Shown here: positions 61,524 to 64,000 of the stretch, one piece after another
Position numbering within the stretch: the first letter of the stretch is position 1
Layout of the letters: each line of letters opens with the position of its first letter
DNA from: an uncultured archaeon
GTDB lineage: Archaea > Asgardarchaeota > Lokiarchaeia > Sigyniarchaeales > SOKP01
Direction of reading: 5' to 3'
DNA: 64,000 nt
Assembly: GCA_964486045.1 (NCBI GenBank)
Contig: CAZALK010000011.1
Coordinates: forward strand, 1-64,000
Made by a program: the position numbers and the translations under genes
The notes under the pieces: model-generated
What the model saw: only the letters and a program-made list of their open reading frames with translations
Databases searched by the model: none
What the model was told of the DNA's origin: nothing

Positions 61524-62930
61524 ATGAATGAATCAAAGATACAACCAGAAATAAAATTTGAAGGATATGGAAAAAGACAAAAATGGAGTTTTGGGATGGC
61601 TTCATTTGCTCAATTCTTTATTAATACGTCGTTCAATACTTGGGTCCTAACATTTTACTTTGCAGCTGTCGGATTAGCTATGGGATATATCATGCTCGCA
61701 TTTGTCTTGTGGGCTATTTGGAATGCGATTAATGATCCACTTATTGGATATCTTTCAGATCGTACTAATACTCGTTGGGGCCGCCGAAGGCCTTATTTAA
61801 TGATTGGATTAATTCCCGTACTTATCATTGAACTTATACTATGGTTGCCGCCTGTGGGTAATCAGATACTAGGATTCGTTTATTTACTTATCATGTTAAT
61901 CAGTTACGATACATTTTATACCATGCTCGCCCTTCCAACAGATAGTTTATTTCCTGAATTATATACATCTGAAGAAGAAAGAGCTGAAGTAAACACCATT
62001 AGACAAATCTTATCAACTATCGGTTTAATCTTAGCATTTTTAGTTCCAGGGTTGTTTATTGGGGACATCACTGAACCATCTGGTTATCTAATTAATGGGA
62101 TAGTTACATCAGTTATTGTGGGTATAACTATGCTTATTTTTATAAAATGGGGTGCTAAAGAACGTTCAGAATTTCAAATGGACCATCACCATGAATTCAA
62201 ATTTTTCCAAGGCTTAAAATATACTTTTAAAAATAAAGGATTTCTCCTTTATACGGCAATATTTTTCTTATATGAATACACAATTCTCGTTTTAGCTACT
62301 ACTGTTCCATTGTTTGCTGTTAAAGTACTAGGTGTAGCAGAGGAAGATACTTTACTTACAGCATTACTGCTAGGAATAATGTTTATTATTGCTATTATAT
62401 CGGTGTTTATTTGGAAGAAATTAGATTTGCTATTTGGGAGTAAAAAAGCATATGCGATTTCGATTATTGCTTATCTTTTAGCATCAATTCCATTAATATT
62501 TGTTTCAAATTTCCTTTCAGGATTGATTACAGTAATAAGCATGGGATTTGGATTTGGAGGAATGCTATATTTTATTTATCTTATTATAGCAGATGTCATT
62601 GACGAGGACGAGATTAAAACAGGTGTAAGACGAGAGGGGACCTTCTTTGGAATTACAAACTTCTTTATGCGACTTTCTATGATTTTATCAATAGTAACAG
62701 TTGGATTAGTGTTCACAGGGGCCGGTTGGGAAGAATATACGGCGATTTCAGGAGAAATTGAAACAATAATAGGTCTTAAACTTCTCGTTTTCTTATTTCC
62801 AGCAATTGCCCTTAGTTTATCATTAGTGTGCTTATATTTTTATCCCTTTTCAAAATCGAGGGTTGAGGAAATAAAGGTAAAATTAAATGAGTTACATAAA
62901 GAAAAGAAAGAACGAATTAAGGCTACTTAA
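61524..62930 (+). CDS. MFS transporter, glycoside-pentoside-hexuronide (MelB-like) family
   Basis: WNAINDPLIGYLSDRT.TRWGRRRPY and ADVIDEDE.KTG.RREG motifs. About 12 TM segments. Confidence 0.92.
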   Translation: MNESKIQPEIKFEGYGKRQKWSFGMASFAQFFINTSFNTWVLTFYFAAVGLAMGYIMLAFVLWAIWNAINDPLIGYLSDRTNTRWGRRRPYLMIGLIPVLIIELILWLPPVGNQILGFVYLLIMLISYDTFYTMLALPTDSLFPELYTSEEERAEVNTIRQILSTIGLILAFLVPGLFIGDITEPSGYLINGIVTSVIVGITMLIFIKWGAKERSEFQMDHHHEFKFFQGLKYTFKNKGFLLYTAIFFLYEYTILVLATTVPLFAVKVLGVAEEDTLLTALLLGIMFIIAIISVFIWKKLDLLFGSKKAYAISIIAYLLASIPLIFVSNFLSGLITVISMGFGFGGMLYFIYLIIADVIDEDEIKTGVRREGTFFGITNFFMRLSMILSIVTVGLVFTGAGWEEYTAISGEIETIIGLKLLVFLFPAIALSLSLVCLYFYPFSKSRVEEIKVKLNELHKEKKERIKAT

Positions 62931-62953
62931 AAATAATTTCTTTTTTTTTATAT

Positions 62954-63050
62954 CTAAATCTCTTTGATAACCTGTTGTAGATATTTAATTAAATCTTCTC
63001 CATCACCCAACCCTGCAGAAAACCTAAAATGAGAATTTGATATACAAATA
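62954..63050 (-). pseudogene. C-terminal remnant of a Cys/Met metabolism PLP enzyme (cystathionine lyase/synthase-like)
   Basis: Manual translation ICISNSHFRFSAGLGDGEDLIKYLQQVIKEI*, resembling the family end R.S.GLE..EDL..DL.QA. Confidence 0.5.
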
Positions 63051-63249
63051 GAGTATCATAAATTTTTTTGTCATTTACACCACCAGTTGTGGATCGAGTT
63101 ATTGAAGAAAAGCTTGTTTACTATATTAAAAATGTTGAAAAAAGAGCTATAGATCAATATAAAAAGGCTAATGGAATAACTACCGGGAATGTGTCTCTCC
63201 CCGGGAAAGATGTGACACTAGAAGACTAATAGGTTTTAAATCTCTTGAT

Positions 63250-63948
63250 TTAATTTCTTATTTTTTTTAAGAACTTGATAATGTCAACCTTTAACATAAG
63301 ATAAACTGTAATTACCGTAAAATATAAAGATGCTATACTAAAAATCCAATTTTCACCTCCTATGAATTGACAAATATTTAATACGTTATAGGCAAAAATA
63401 AGCATCAAACCATATTTTCCTAACCAAATAAATAAGATAGTTCTTTTCACATCATACTTAATTATCCCTAATGGAATTGTTACCATATCGTCATTTAAAG
63501 GAGTAAATCCGAAAAGGAAGATGAGAAAAGGAGCTAACTTTGGATGATTAACTAAATACATTTGATAATTCTTTAGTTTTTCCATTCTATCATCTGAAAT
63601 TATTTCAGCAGCACCTCTACCAACTAAATACCCTCCCATCTCCCCAATTAAGCATCCTAGTGATGCGGTAAACCCCACTAATAATGGAAAGAAAAAATTC
63701 ATCTGAAGAAAGGGTAGGGAGGAGAAACAAACCACGAATATATAAGGTGTTGGCACAGGGAGCAAATTTCCTACTAAACAAACCCAAAAAGTTATAAGTA
63801 GTCCAGTGCCTAAATTTTGGAAAGAGGCATATTTAGAAATATTTTCAATAGCCTGACGGTGAGAAATATTTATTAATAAATCAATTGAAATGATGGAGAT
63901 TATAATTATTAGAATTAAAAAAATATAATCTGCTTTCTTTAATTTCAA
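63250..63948 (-). CDS. DedA/VTT domain membrane protein
   Basis: G..IGEMGGYLVGR, FGFTPLNDD...IPLG and GK motifs. Confidence 0.8.
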   Translation of the reverse strand: MKLKKADYIFLILIIIISIISIDLLINISHRQAIENISKYASFQNLGTGLLITFWVCLVGNLLPVPTPYIFVVCFSSLPFLQMNFFFPLLVGFTASLGCLIGEMGGYLVGRGAAEIISDDRMEKLKNYQMYLVNHPKLAPFLIFLFGFTPLNDDMVTIPLGIIKYDVKRTILFIWLGKYGLMLIFAYNVLNICQFIGGENWIFSIASLYFTVITVYLMLKVDIIKFLKKIRN

Positions 63949-64000
63949 TACTTGATTTGATTTTTAATTTAATTAAGGTAAATAAAAGACTCTGAATTTT

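Noticed and set aside
1-64000. rRNA, tRNA, CRISPR array, transposase or integrase genes
   Set aside because: None recognised by eye. A covariance-model and HMM search would be needed to exclude divergent ones.

Overview
AT-rich archaeal chromosomal DNA. The gene content points to an Asgard archaeon, most likely Lokiarchaeia: roadblock-GTPase fusions, several longin-like proteins, a Loki-type LRR protein and a eukaryote-like SECIS. The core is an archaeal modified mevalonate/isoprenoid cluster at 22.7-33.9 kb. Two signals missed by the ORF track stand out. (1) The mevalonate kinase gene is interrupted by a 31-nt frame-breaking insert that folds into a bulge-helix-bulge motif. Its predicted cut sites restore the conserved GE|H motif exactly, so it is a candidate tRNA-type intron in an mRNA. 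(2) The 'hypothetical' gene at 51.3-52.2 kb has an in-frame TGA downstream of a strong Shine-Dalgarno and a eukaryote-like SECIS in its 3' UTR, so it is a candidate selenoprotein. It lies in a signalling-like locus with a 2307-aa surface receptor ending in a longin-like domain, flanked by two roadblock-GTPases. The first 22 kb shows rearrangement scars: an inversion splitting a PQQ sugar dehydrogenase, a 2.1-kb mosaic insert with a 20-bp direct repeat splitting a phosphoesterase, and a partial duplication. These may be biological or amplification/assembly chimeras. No rRNA, tRNA, CRISPR array or transposase was recognised. All family calls come from motif recognition by eye, with no database searches.
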